A stretch of 64,000 nucleotides of DNA from Felis catus (lineage: Eukaryota). The stretch lies in NCBI RefSeq assembly GCF_018350175.1, contig NC_058383.1, forward strand, positions 15,130,001 through 15,194,000, written 5' to 3'. Positions 24,401 to 35,840 of the stretch are shown here, in pieces (the first letter of the stretch is position 1; each line of letters starts with the position of its first letter). The notes under the pieces were generated by a model. The model searched no databases. It was not told where the DNA came from and saw only the letters and a program-made list of their open reading frames with translations. The translations under genes and the position numbers were made by a program.

Positions 24401-25391
24401 TAACATAATTTTTATTGAGGTGAAATTCACATAACATAAAACTAATCATTTTAAAGTGAACAGTTCAGTGGCATTTAATACATCCACAATATTGTGCAAT
24501 CACCACCTCTATATAGTTGCAAAATATTTTCACCACAAAAGGAAACCCTATACCTATTAAATAGTTACATTCCATTCCCCTCTACTCACAGCACCTGACA
24601 ACCACAATTTGTGTTCTATCTGCATGGATTTGTCTATTCTATTCTGGCTATCTCATTTAAATGTTATCATACGATATGTGACATTTTGTGTCCGGTCTCT
24701 TTCACTTACCATAATGTTTTCAGGGTTCATCCACATTGTTGCACATAGTAGGACTTAATTCTTTTTTATGATCCAATAATATTTCATTGTACATATACAC
24801 CATGATTTGTTTATCCTTTGTTGATGGATGTTTGGGTTGGTTCTATCCTTGGCTCTTGTGGATAGTGCTGCTGTAAATATTTGTTTGAGCACTTGCTTTC
24901 AATTCTTTGGGGTATAAATCTAAGAGTGGAATTGTTGGGTCATGTGGTAATTATATGTTTAACTTAATTTAAACCTATGTTTGTTTTCCACAGTGGTTGA
25001 ACCATTTTACATTCCTATCTGCAATGTATAAGAGTTCCAATTTCTGTACATTCTCTACAAAACATCTTTTTCCCCCTTAATGCCATTATTGTGGCTGTGA
25101 AGTGCTATCTTATTGGGGTTTTGACTTGCATTTCTTTAATGACTAATGATTTTGAGCTTATTTTCATGTGTTTGTTGGCCATTTATATATATTCTTTGGA
25201 GAAATGTCTATTCAAACCTTTTGCCCATTTTTAAATTAGGTTGTCTTCTTGCTGCTGAGTTGTAAGAATTCTTTATATATTCCAGATACAAGACCCTGAT
25301 ACCCTTTATATATTCTAGATACAAGACGTATGATTTTCAAATATTTTCTCCCATTCTGTAGGTTGTCTTTTCATTTACTTAATGATGTTCT

Positions 25392-26068
25392 CTTTTTTCT
25401 TTTGAGGATCCAGAACACATTTTTAAACTAAGTTTTTTATATTTTTATTCCAGTATGGTTAACATATAGTATTATATTAGTTTCAGGTGTACAATTCTAT
25501 ACATCACCTGGTGCTTCTCATGATAAGTGTACTCTTTAATCCCCATCACCTATTTCACCCTTTCTTCCATCCCACCTCCCCTCTGGTAACCATCAGTTTT
25601 TTTCTCTATAGTTAAGAGTCTTGGGGCGCCTGGGTGGCGCAGTCGGTTAAGCGTCTGACTTCAGCCAGGTCACGATCTCACGGTCCGTGAGTTCGAGCCC
25701 CGCGTCAGGCTCTGGGCTGATGGCTCGGAGCCTGGAGCCTGTTTCCGATTCTGTGTCTCCCTCTCTCTCTGCCCCTCCCCCATTCATGCTCTGTCTCTCT
25801 CTGTCCCAAAAATAAATAAACATTGAAAAAAAATTTAAAAAAAAATAAAAAATAAAAAAAGAGAAAAAAAAAAAGAGTCTGTTTCTTACTTTGGTTTCTC
25901 TCTCTCCCTCTTATTTTTTTTCTTTGCCCATTTGTTTTGTTTCTTAAATTCCACATGTAACTGAAATCATATGGTGTTTGTCTTTCTTTGACTTATTTCA
26001 CTTAGCATTATACTCCCTAGCTCCACCCATGTTGTTGCAAATGACAATATTTCACATTTTTTAATGGT
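25392..26068 (-). mobile_element. 5'-truncated carnivore L1 nested in older L1
   Basis: 3' end 'ttattccagtatggttaacatatag...tttcaggtgtacaa' matches the L1 3' end at about 54060. TSD TTAAT(G/A)ATGTTCT at 25379-25391 and 26069-26081. Confidence 0.85.
25623..25871 (+). mobile_element. Young Can-SINE (SINEC_Fc-type)
   Basis: GGGGCGCCTGGGTGGCGCAGTCGGTTAAGCG head, CpGs retained, long A tail and AAGAGTCT TSD. Confidence 0.97.
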
Positions 26069-26711
26069 TTAATAATGTTCTTTGATGTACAAAAGTTTGA
26101 AATTTTGATGAAGTACAATTTATCTATGTTTTTCTTTTGTTGCTTGTACTTTTTATGTCATATCTAAAAACCCATTGCCAAATCTAAGGTCATGAATATT
26201 TGCCCCTATGTTTTCTTCTATGAGTCTTATGGTTTTAGTTCCTATGTTTTTGATCCATTTTGAGTTAATTTTTGTATATGGTGTGAGGTAGGGGTCCAAC
26301 TTCGTTCTTTTTCAGTAAATTTCCAGTTGTCCCAGCACCATTTGTTGAAAAGATATTCTTTTCCCATTGAATGATCTTGACATCTCTTTCAAAATACTTT
26401 GGCCATGGATGTATGGATTTATTTTTGGATCCTCAATTCTATTCCCTTGATATAGCTATCTACACTGTTTTGATTACTGTAGCTTTATAATAAGTTATAA
26501 AATTTCTTCCCTTAATCTTGTTTGAACTCAGTCAAGCAGTGGTGGCCTGAATCGGTATTCCTTTTCTTAACTGGATACCTCATAAGCAACCCCTTACTCT
26601 CAAATGTCATTTGAAAACCTGGAGTATGGCTCTAATTCTGAAATCAGGATGAAAGTAGAGAGGGGAAAGAGGGATAACCATGAGAAACAGCGTAAAAATT
26701 TTCCCTTTCAG

Positions 26712-26965
26712 GGGGTGGATAAGCAAGGTGGGTGAAGGGGAGTGAGAGATACAGCCTTTCAGATATGGAATGAATAAGCCACAGGGATGAAAGATACAGT
26801 ATAAAGAATGTTGACAATGATATTGTAATAGCATTATATTGTGATAGATGGTAGCTATTCTCGTAGTGAGCATAGCATAATGTGTAGACCTGTCAAATCA
26901 CTGTGTTGCACACTCAAAATTAATGTAGCATTGTGTGTCAACTCTACTTCAATAAATAAATAAAC
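26712..26965 (+). mobile_element. L1 3'-end fragment (carnivore/L1MA9-like)
   Basis: 'gaataagccacagggatgaaagatacag...ttgtgtgtcaactctacttcaataaataaataaa'. Confidence 0.8.
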
Positions 26966-27019
26966 AGGCAAACGAAAAACACCCCCCCCACTCGGCTCTT
27001 CATAAAAAAGAAGGGGCAT

Positions 27020-27210
27020 AAAACAGTGAAAAGAATATGGGCATGAGTGGGTTCCCAGCCCAACTCTGAAGCTATTAGCTATGTAGTATTGGGCAACTTA
27101 TCCTCTCTGGCCCTTGGTTTTGTCATGTGAAAAATGGGCTGTTGTGAAAACTGCATATGTGCAGTAATGCACATAAAGCATTTGGCCCAGAGTATCTACT
27201 CAATAGATAA
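27020..27210 (+). mobile_element. MIR fragment
   Basis: 'ttgggcaactttatcctctctggcccttggttttgtcatgtgaaaaatggg'. Confidence 0.6.
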
Positions 27211-27449
27211 CACAGGATGTAATTGGGAAATGACCATGGAAATATGGCACGTCCTGACTACTGCATGAGCTGATCTGATCTACCTACTCTGGAAGGGTGT
27301 GCAAGGAGGGTAGATTTCTTGACTGCTTTTAATCAGTCACAGGCACACCCTGAGTCAGGCCAGGCAATAGAAGAGACAACATTAGTTCTGTATGTCCTTA
27401 CCTCCTTGGCTGTAAATGAGCTCCTTGATTAATTAATTTTTAAAGTGTT

Positions 27450-27620
27450 ATGTGGGATACCATAATAGTGAGTAAAGCTTTCTGTAAGTCCACAAATAAT
27501 GTTGCCAGAAGCTTAGTGACCAAGGAAGGCAAACTCATATCCAGAATGAGGTTCTATTTTAATGATAACCAATCACTGTTCTCTCCCTGAGGAAAGGGAT
27601 CCAATATCATTAATCATCCT
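27450..27620 (-). mobile_element. ERVL internal (pol-region) remnant
   Basis: 'ggaaggcaaactcatatccagaatgaggttctatt...aatcactgttctctcc' resembles ERVL internal sequence. Confidence 0.45.
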
Positions 27621-29009
27621 ACACCCTGATTAAAGAAACAGGCAAGACAGAGCTTATAGGGTTTTCTAAAGGCTTCCCAGAATTTCTTTTGTGTGAAACA
27701 TCTCTAGATGGTCAGGTAAATCCCTAAGCGGAGACAGATGTGTTTAATTGGAATCTCCTTTGGAGAGGGAGCCCATTAAGAGCCTGGAAACCTTCAGGGC
27801 TGCAGCGTGACTGGCCTGAGCCAAGTGCTGCAAATAGGCTGCGAGCAATCAGCAGGTGCTTATCCCCCAGCCCCCATGAGGAAACATACCTACCTCATCA
27901 CTGGGCATAGGCTGGGCCTGCACTCTTTCTGGAGGCTGAGTGGCTCTGCACCACCTTCGCCAAAGGGGAACCCATGTGGTCCCTTTCCTCTGTGGGTCAC
28001 TTGCTTCCAAAGTGAAGTTTGTCCAGGGAGCATGTGACTGGCAGAGTTTCAGTCACCTGCCTGCCTCCAGCTGCAAGGGTATCTGGGGAAGCTTGTCCCG
28101 AAGTTTTACGTTGGGGAGGCACTGACATATCAGGTGGGGAATTCTCCCAACACCAGTCGGGTGGTCGAAAGAGCTGAATGTTAAGAATGACAGTTGTCCA
28201 CCACTTGGGTTTCATAATGAGGTCCGATTTAATCTTGGTAAACACAATACTGCTCTTCTCCCATCCCACCAATGAAGACAAAGGAAATGATATAAAGACA
28301 GAACATGACATGGCAGTGTTGCCTTCCCTAGCCCTATCAACCATAGTCACAGAAATCTCCCCACCTGCCACCTGAGCCTGGCATTTACTAGTCATTATAT
28401 CCTTATTGAATGAGTGAAGGGACAAATGAAACAATGCAGAAAGATCTGATTCATCTCAGGCACATCTGTAATATTTGGGAGTAAGCCCCCCAGGACTCCA
28501 CACGTTCCTGGTCTGCCATCTTCCTACTCGTATCTGACCCCCAACCCATTGGCCCAATCTGAAAGATGGACCTTTTGCTTTGTTTTCAGTTTTTCATTGG
28601 AATGTAGATCCCTGCAGCCTGGAAACCCTTGCTAACCTTCCCACAAGGGATGGGACCTGCTGCCTATATCCCTGGATGTTGACCAGTTATTGGCTCAAGT
28701 CCTGCCTTCAACAGATTTACTTCTGGCAACATATTGGGAGAGATGCTGCTACTAGTCTGACTTTGATCTCACTTGCTGCAGGGAACCCTCCTGTCTGTTC
28801 CATTTGCTGGGCCAGAGTCCCTGCTGGCCCCAAACAAACTCATGCACCCATGCTTGGCTGAATCAACTCCCCTGCCCATCAACCAAAGCTGCCAAACTCC
28901 TACGATGCCCACCTGACTTGCAATGCTCCCTGCTAATCTTCAAAGTAATTTTTCCCACTATCTAAGGTACTCCCTAGTCCCCTTTCAGCTGAGTATCCCA
29001 AGGCTAAAA

Positions 29010-29545
29010 CTGAAAAAAAAAAATGGTTCTAGGCTTTCCAGTTTTATCACTCTCTCCTTCATGGGTATTTTTGGCTGAAACATCAGGGTCAAAATGTTAA
29101 TTACATGGTTTTCATGCAAATATAGAATGAACACACGTCAAAGATTTATTCAACTTATTAATGAGAGAATCACAGGGTTAGGTAAAGCTGATTCAAAAGG
29201 CATTTGAGGAACTGGGTATTTATAGGTTTTTGAAAAAAGCATGTTAGAATAAAGTTGTTAGGTTAGATATAAAACTGGTTAATGTCCTGATAGCGCAAGT
29301 AAGACATTTGGAGTTATCTTTTTTGCCAGACGGAAATCAATTGCATCTCCACCAGAAAAAAATCATAGAGTTAACATGTAACTCCACAATGTCTGGGCTT
29401 TTAATCAATGATGAATAGTGAGTCAAACAAAGGTACATTCCCCTATAATTAAATAATGCTTTGGGGCCTGTTCAACAATGCCCCTGTGTGACATTGAAAG
29501 AAGATGTTGTTCTTTCTTTGCCTTATTTCCAAGATTTAGACGTTT
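29010..29545. mobile_element. Possible ancient LTR remnant (family not assigned)
   Basis: 'caaagatttattcaacttattaatgag' and overall LTR-like composition. Confidence 0.3.
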
Positions 29546-29984
29546 TTCTTAACTCTGTGTATGCGTTGTAAAGGTCTCCTTAGGGCTGAGGAAAGCTAGG
29601 CTCTCAGGGAAATGTCTTCAAACACAGGCCTGCAGTGTTCAAAAGCCCATAGTGATGCCCCATGTACCCAGCACTCTGGTCCACACAGACCCCTGAACAC
29701 ACCAGCCTCTTCCATCCTTGACTTTGCCTGAGCTTCCTTACTCCCCGAATCTGAAACACTCTCCCCCTATTTGTTCATCTGGGTTACTCCTGGGCTCACT
29801 TCATGATATGTGGTTAAGGGATACTTACTCCAGCTATCCTTTCTGGACCCTCCCAAACCTGGGAGATCAAATCCTCCCAATAGAGTATTCGTAGTGGTAA
29901 TTCTGACAACACTACCAACTACCGGGTTCTTATCTAATTTAAATCTTTGTGTTCAGAGTTTGAACAAAGACAATTTTATCCCAT

Positions 29985-30175
29985 TTTCTTTTTGTTTGTT
30001 TTTATTTAGTTACTTATTTTCAATATATGAAATTTATGGTCAGATTGGTTTCCATACAACACCCAGTGCTCATCCCAAAAGGTGCCCTCCTCAATACCCA
30101 TCACCCACCCTCTCCTCCCTCCCACCCCCCATCAACCCTCAGTTTGTTCTCAGTTTTTAAGAGTCTCTTATGCTT
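29985..30175 (-). mobile_element. Felid L1 (L1_Fc-type) short 3' end
   Basis: 'aatatatgaaatttat...ggtttccatacaacacccagtgctcatcccaaaaggtgccctcctcaatacc' is the characteristic cat L1 3' terminus. Confidence 0.9.
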
Positions 30176-30679
30176 TTCCAAATAACTATCACACAGCTGG
30201 GAAGTGATTGAGGCAAACTCAAACACAGATTTTTGGGATATGTTCCTCCACTCTAGAATGGTTTACTTTTCACACTGCTCAAGCAGATCTTCATGAATTC
30301 CCTGAGGAAATGAGTTTTGTGGCACATGTCCCCTGCACAGAATGCCCAAGAATATTTCAAAATTGAACAGGCCTGGTTCCCACAAGGAAATATGAAAAAA
30401 CTTGAAGGAAAGCATCTATTGTGGATATGGTTGAGGGCTCCTGGGAATTCTGGAGTGACCTTGGCTGGCAAAATCCAGCCCTTGGGCAAAGTGCACTGGT
30501 GTGAGTCGCCTCTTGATTGAGATCTCTCAAGTCTCTCAAGATAGGGGAATTCTGGACATGCTCACAGTATATCTCAGCCTGAGCCTGTCAGAATCCTGGA
30601 GGCTTGCACGGCCAACCCCCTCAGCCTTCAAACAATATCAACCTGTGCCATTCAGGGCTGTCTTTTCAGCTTCTCTTCA

Positions 30680-31315
30680 AACTATACATTCATTCACTCC
30701 GCACAAAGTGTGCTGACCTCTTACCATGTGCCAGATGCCGTACTAGGCACTGGAAGTGGAGAAAGTTAGCAGATCAGACAGAGCCAGTCTTCTGCTGGAG
30801 ATTAGGCTCCATTATAGGGAGAAAATAACCAAATAAGGGCATGTGTAAGTGTGAAATTACAGTTAGAATAAGTGCTACACAGGAAAGATGGGTGTCCTGA
30901 GAACATGGAAGATTAAAGACCCACTGAGCTGAGACCTAAAGGGCGGAAGAAGCAAAGAGCAAGTTGGGGATTGAGGTTAGGGAAGAGACATGTGTAGCAA
31001 CCAGTTCACAGAAGAATTAGAAAAGACCTAACTGACGTTCCTAGAGGCCATCACCTGCTCCTCCTTTTGTCATCTTGCCAAGGGTCATCTCTATGTCTAC
31101 TGGTTCCTCCCAGGACAAATTCTCCTCTATGTAACCTCCTTATCACACTTGAATTCACAAAGCATTTTTCTTGCATCCCTACCTTCCTCACTAATTTCTA
31201 AGCTCTGTTAAGGCGCAGATTGTATAGTATTTATCTTAATATCCTCAGGGCCTAGCACATTGCCTGGAACGCAAAAGGCAAGTGATAAATGAATGAATGA
31301 ATAATTGAATGAATG
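30680..31315. mobile_element. L2 3'-end fragments
   Basis: 'cattcattcact...atgtgccagatgccgtactaggcactgg' (minus) and 'cagggcctagcacattgcctgg...gaatgaatga' (plus). Confidence 0.65.
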
Positions 31316-31969
31316 AGAGCATAACTCCAGGGCATCTGTAATCAGCACATGCCATAAGCAGCCCAGCCATTTGGGGCAGATTTATCTCATTGAGGGTATC
31401 AAGCCCAGAGGAAGCTCCTGACATCTCAAAGCCTAGTAAGGGTACCTGTCTGCCAGTCTTTCAATACTGCCCCACCACCGACTCTGCCTGATCAGTGTGG
31501 TGTCCTGGCACCTTGGTGTGCAGGGATGAATTGCAAGCGTATCAAAAATAATTGGGTAGCAAAAATAAAATCAACATTTGCAAATAATATGATTAAAAGA
31601 TTAAATTACAGGATGTGTATTACAGTTTGAATTTGCTTGTCCCTAAAGACTAATGTATGATTTTTTATTCATAAGCTTATTTGCCATCTATATGAGTTCT
31701 TGGTGAAATATGTGTTCATATATTTTACCCATTTTAATGCATTGCTTGTTTGCTTTTTATTGAGTTTTGAAAGCTCTTTATATATTCTGGATGCAAGACT
31801 TTTATAACATGTATGCTTTGCAAATATTTTCTCCCACAAATACATTTCTGTGCCTTGTCTTTTCATTCTTTTAACAGTATTTTACAGACAAATGAATTTT
31901 TTAAATTTTGATGAACTCTATCAATTTGCACTTGTACAGATCATGCTTTTGGTATTTAATACATTTTTG

Positions 31970-32570
31970 CTTCTGTGAAAAATCATTTTCACTCAGTGTT
32001 ACATCTTATTTCACTTAGCATAATGTCTTCCAGGTCCATCCATGTTGTTGAAATGGATTTCCTTCTTTTTAAAGGCTAATATTCCATTGTATGTATATAT
32101 CACATTGTCTTTATCCATTTTTTTCTGTCAGTGGACATTTGATTCCACTTCATGAGGTATCTGAAATAGTCAAACTTACAGAAGCAGAGAATACATTGGT
32201 GGTTGCCAGGGAAAGAATGTAGGGGGAAAGGGGAACTTGTCGTTCAATGGGTATAAAATTACAGTTATACAAGATGAATAAGTTCTAGAGATCTTCTGTA
32301 CAACATAGTACCTACAGTTAAGACAGTGTGGTGACTTAAAAAAAAAGTTTAAGAGTGTAATTCTCACGTTAAGTGTTCTTACCACACACACACCAAAAAC
32401 AAGCAAAGGGATACAGGAAATTTTTGGACTGAGTAAATATGCTTATTACTTTGTGTTGATGGTGCCATGGGTGTATACATATGTTCAAACTCATCAAATT
32501 GTGTATATTAAATATGTGCATTTTTTTGTATATGAATTATACCTCGACAAGCTATGAAAAAGAAACTTTT
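31970..32570 (+). mobile_element. 5'-inverted (twin-primed) L1MB-like insertion
   Basis: About 31970-32140 reads as reverse L1 and about 32140-32560 as forward L1 3'UTR. Flanked by TTTTGCTT repeats at about 31965 and 32812. Confidence 0.7.
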
Positions 32571-32571
32571 G

Positions 32572-32800
32572 GGGGCGCCTGGGTGGCACAGTCGGTTAAG
32601 CGTCTGACTTCAGCCAGGTCACGATCTCTTGGTCCGGGAGTTCGAGCCCCGCGTCAGGCTCTGGGCTGATGGCTCAGAGCCTGGAGCCTGTTTCCGATTC
32701 TGTGTCTCCCTCTCTCTCTGCCCCTCCCCCGTTCATGCTCTGTCTCTCTCTGTCCCAAAAATAAATAAACGTTGAAAAAAAAATTAAAAAAAAAAAAAAA
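32572..32800 (+). mobile_element. Young Can-SINE (SINEC_Fc-type)
   Basis: Perfect TSD GAAAAAGAAACTTTTG at 32556-32571 and 32801-32816; long poly-A tail. Confidence 0.97.
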
Positions 32801-33994
32801 GAAAAAGAAACTTTTGCTTAACACAGGTTACAAAAGTTTTCTCATATATTTTCTTTTAGAAATGTTATCATTTTAGGTTCTATATGTAGGTCTTTGATTT
32901 TGAGTTAATTTTCTATATAATATAGGATATGAATTCAAGCCCCTTTTTGCATATGGATATTCCATTGTTATGGCACTATTTGTTGAATAGACTAGACTAG
33001 CCTTTCTTCACTGAATGGACTTGGCACATTTGTTGAAAATTAATTGTCCATAGAAGTGCAGATGTATTTCTGAACTTTCCATTCCATTCCATTGACCTTT
33101 TATTACTTTTAGGCCAATAACACACTGTCTTAATTACTGTTGCTCTATAGTAAGACTTGAAATCATAGTATTAGTTTTCTAACTCCCCCCGCCAATATGG
33201 ATGCCTTTTATTTCTTTTTATTTCCTTATTGTGCCCAGAACCTCTAGTACAGTGTTGATTAGAATGGTGAAAGTGGACATTTAATCTTGTTCCTAAAATC
33301 AGGGGAAAATGCAGAATGCCCTTTATCAGATTGAAGATGCTACCCTCCATTCCTAGTTTTCTGAAGCTTTTTTAAGGAACACACCTATATGCATGAGGGA
33401 TATCGGCCTGTGGTTTGTTGATGTCTCTTTTTGTTTTTTAAACAATGTCTTTGTCTTGTTTTAATACAGGGTGATGTGTTAGGACATATTCCCTCCCTTT
33501 CAATTGTCTGGAAGAATTTGTATGGGATTGGTATTATTTTTTCGTTAAAGGTTTAGTAGAATTTGTCAGTGAAGATGTTTAGGACCAGAAATTTATTTGT
33601 GTGAATGTCTGAATCTACAAATTCCATTTCTCCACTAGATATAGGGTTTTTCAGGTTATCTATTTCTTCTTAAGAAAGCTTAGATAGTTTGTATCTTTCA
33701 AGGAATTTGTATTTTCTGGTGATTAATTCCTTCAATTTTCCCAAAGAACTCTTTCTATTGCTTTCATTTTTGAAAGCTATTTTGCTTCTAGTGTGAAATG
33801 TACTTTTTGTTTTTTACTCTTTTAGTGTTTTTGAGATGTTGTTCCATTGTCCTCTTGCCTACTTTGCTCCTAACAACAAATCCATTGTCATCCTTATCTT
33901 GATCTTTTGTATATATCTTTTTACCCTGGTTGCTTTTAAGATTTTTCTCTTTATCACTGGTTTTGAGCACTTTGACTATGATATGCCTTGGTGT

Positions 33995-34004
33995 TTGTGT
34001 GTGT

Positions 34005-34037
<33 letters not shown>
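33995..34037. repeat. (TG)n microsatellite
   Basis: TG run with one interruption. Confidence 0.95.
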
Positions 34038-34042
<5 letters not shown>

Positions 34043-35619
34043 AAGTTTCTTGTGCTTTTTGCGTCTGTGAGTTTATAGCTTTTATCAAATTTAGACATTT
34101 TCAGCCATTATTTCTTCAAATTTTTTTTCTGCTTTGTGAAGGAGTCTGGATTCCTTTGTCATGGACTCAAGTTACACATTTATTATTTATTATTTATTTC
34201 TTTTCTCTCTGTGGTTTATTTTTTATAATTTCTATTGCTATAACTTCAAGTCACTAAAAAGCCACTTTTATTATGAAATTTCATTTGCCGTTAATTTTAT
34301 CAAATGTATCCTTCATCCAAGACATTGTGGGTTTTATTTCTTGAAGTCTGATTTAGGTATTAAAAATTATATCTCCTGTGTCTCCATTTAACTTTGTGAA
34401 TATATGGAATACCATCACAATAATTGCTTCAATATGCTGTCTGCTAATTTTAACATCTTTGTCAACTCTGTGTTGGTTTTGATTATTGATTTTTCTTCTC
34501 ATTATGGGCCATGTTTCCCTGCTTCTTTGCATGTCTGATAATTCTTTATTGGATACCAGACATTGTCAATCTTACCTTGTTGGGTGACAGCAGTTTTTAA
34601 ATTATTACAAATATTTTTGAGGATTTTCTTCCTAAGACACATCTATGTTGTAACAGTTTTATATATTTGGGGGTCTTTACTTTAATATGTGTTATGTGGG
34701 TCCAGAGCAGTGATTAGAGTTAATTATTCTATTGAGAAAAGACCTTCTTTGTACTCCACCCAATGTCCCATGAATCATGAGTTTTTCTATTCTGGTGGGT
34801 GGGAGTTAGCTCTATTCTCAGCTTGTGTGAGTGTCAAACGGTGTTACCTCTCATCCTTTCAGATGGTCTTCTTACTAGTCTTCAGTGGTTTTCTCTCATG
34901 AAAGCATTAATCAGTATTCAGCTCAATACTTGGGGGCTTCCCTCTGCAGATCACAGGATTCCTCTGTGTGGTTTCTCCTCCCTGATGCTCAGTCCTTTGA
35001 ATTATAGCCTCCTTCATCCCCCCATCCCCCAGACTGTCAGTTATCTCTTCTCAACTGAGGAAGTATGTCAGGCTCTACCTGGCTTTCTATTCCCTGAAAC
35101 ACTATCTGGGTACTCTTTCACATGGGAAACTGAGGAATTGTAAGGCTCACCTCATTTTTTTTCATCTCTTAGGGATAATTGTCATTTTTTGTCTGGTGTC
35201 CGGTGTCTTGAAATGGTTTTTTATATAGTCTGTCTTTTTGTTTGTCTAAGGTTGGGTAGTAAATCAGGTTCCTGTTACTCCACCTTAACCAGAAGTGAAA
35301 ATCCTGTCGTTTCTTGAGCAAGAGAGAAAATGGTGGTGTCTTATACTTGGCTTGCAAGACATGCATACAAATGCACAGGCGTATGACTCTCCTACCCATG
35401 TCATCATTTTTGATGTACCATTAATAGTTGTGAGCATGAATCACCATAGAATGTATTTTGAAATTTTTCACTATTTTAATTAAACATTTTTTAAATGTAT
35501 GCATACATCTCATTTAAAAATAAAGAATTAAAGAAAGTTTAATTGATCCTGTCTATGTACACATTGTGCATAAGCTAAATTGATCCATGGTCATTTTGCT
35601 TAATTTAAAAGTTAACTGT

Positions 35620-35840
35620 GGGGCGCCTGGGTGGCTCCGTTGATTAAAGTGTCCGACTTGAGCTCAGGTCATGATCTTGCTGTTCACGGGTGCTAGCCCA
35701 GTGTTGGGCTCTGTACTGTCAGCTCAGAGCCTGGATCCTGCTTCAGATTCTGTGTCTCCCTCACTCTCTGCCTCTCCCCCATTCATGCTCTGTCTGTCTC
35801 TCTCTCAAAAATAAACTTTAAAAAATAAAAAAAAATAAAA
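35620..35840 (+). mobile_element. Can-SINE
   Basis: GGGGCGCCTGGGTGGCTC head, CT-rich region and A tail. Confidence 0.95.

Larger units (their letters stand above)
24393..26505 (-). mobile_element. Old eutherian L1 (L1MB-like) 3' portion, host of nested insertions
   Basis: T-rich tail at about 24393, then reverse L1 3'UTR/ORF2 sequence that resumes seamlessly after about 26069. Confidence 0.85.
31590..35300 (-). mobile_element. Old L1 (L1MC/MD-like), heavily deleted, spanning ORF2 3' end to 5'UTR
   Basis: ORF2-like peptide at 31669-31866 (WEKIFAKH...RIYKEL), ORF1-like peptide at 33788-33970 (LKTSDKEKNLK), and an old L1 5'-end motif near 35280. Confidence 0.75.

Noticed and set aside
27997..28434. 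145-aa minus-strand ORF
   Set aside because: It starts at TTG rather than ATG, its start overlaps an L2-tail-like sequence, and it has no domain signature.
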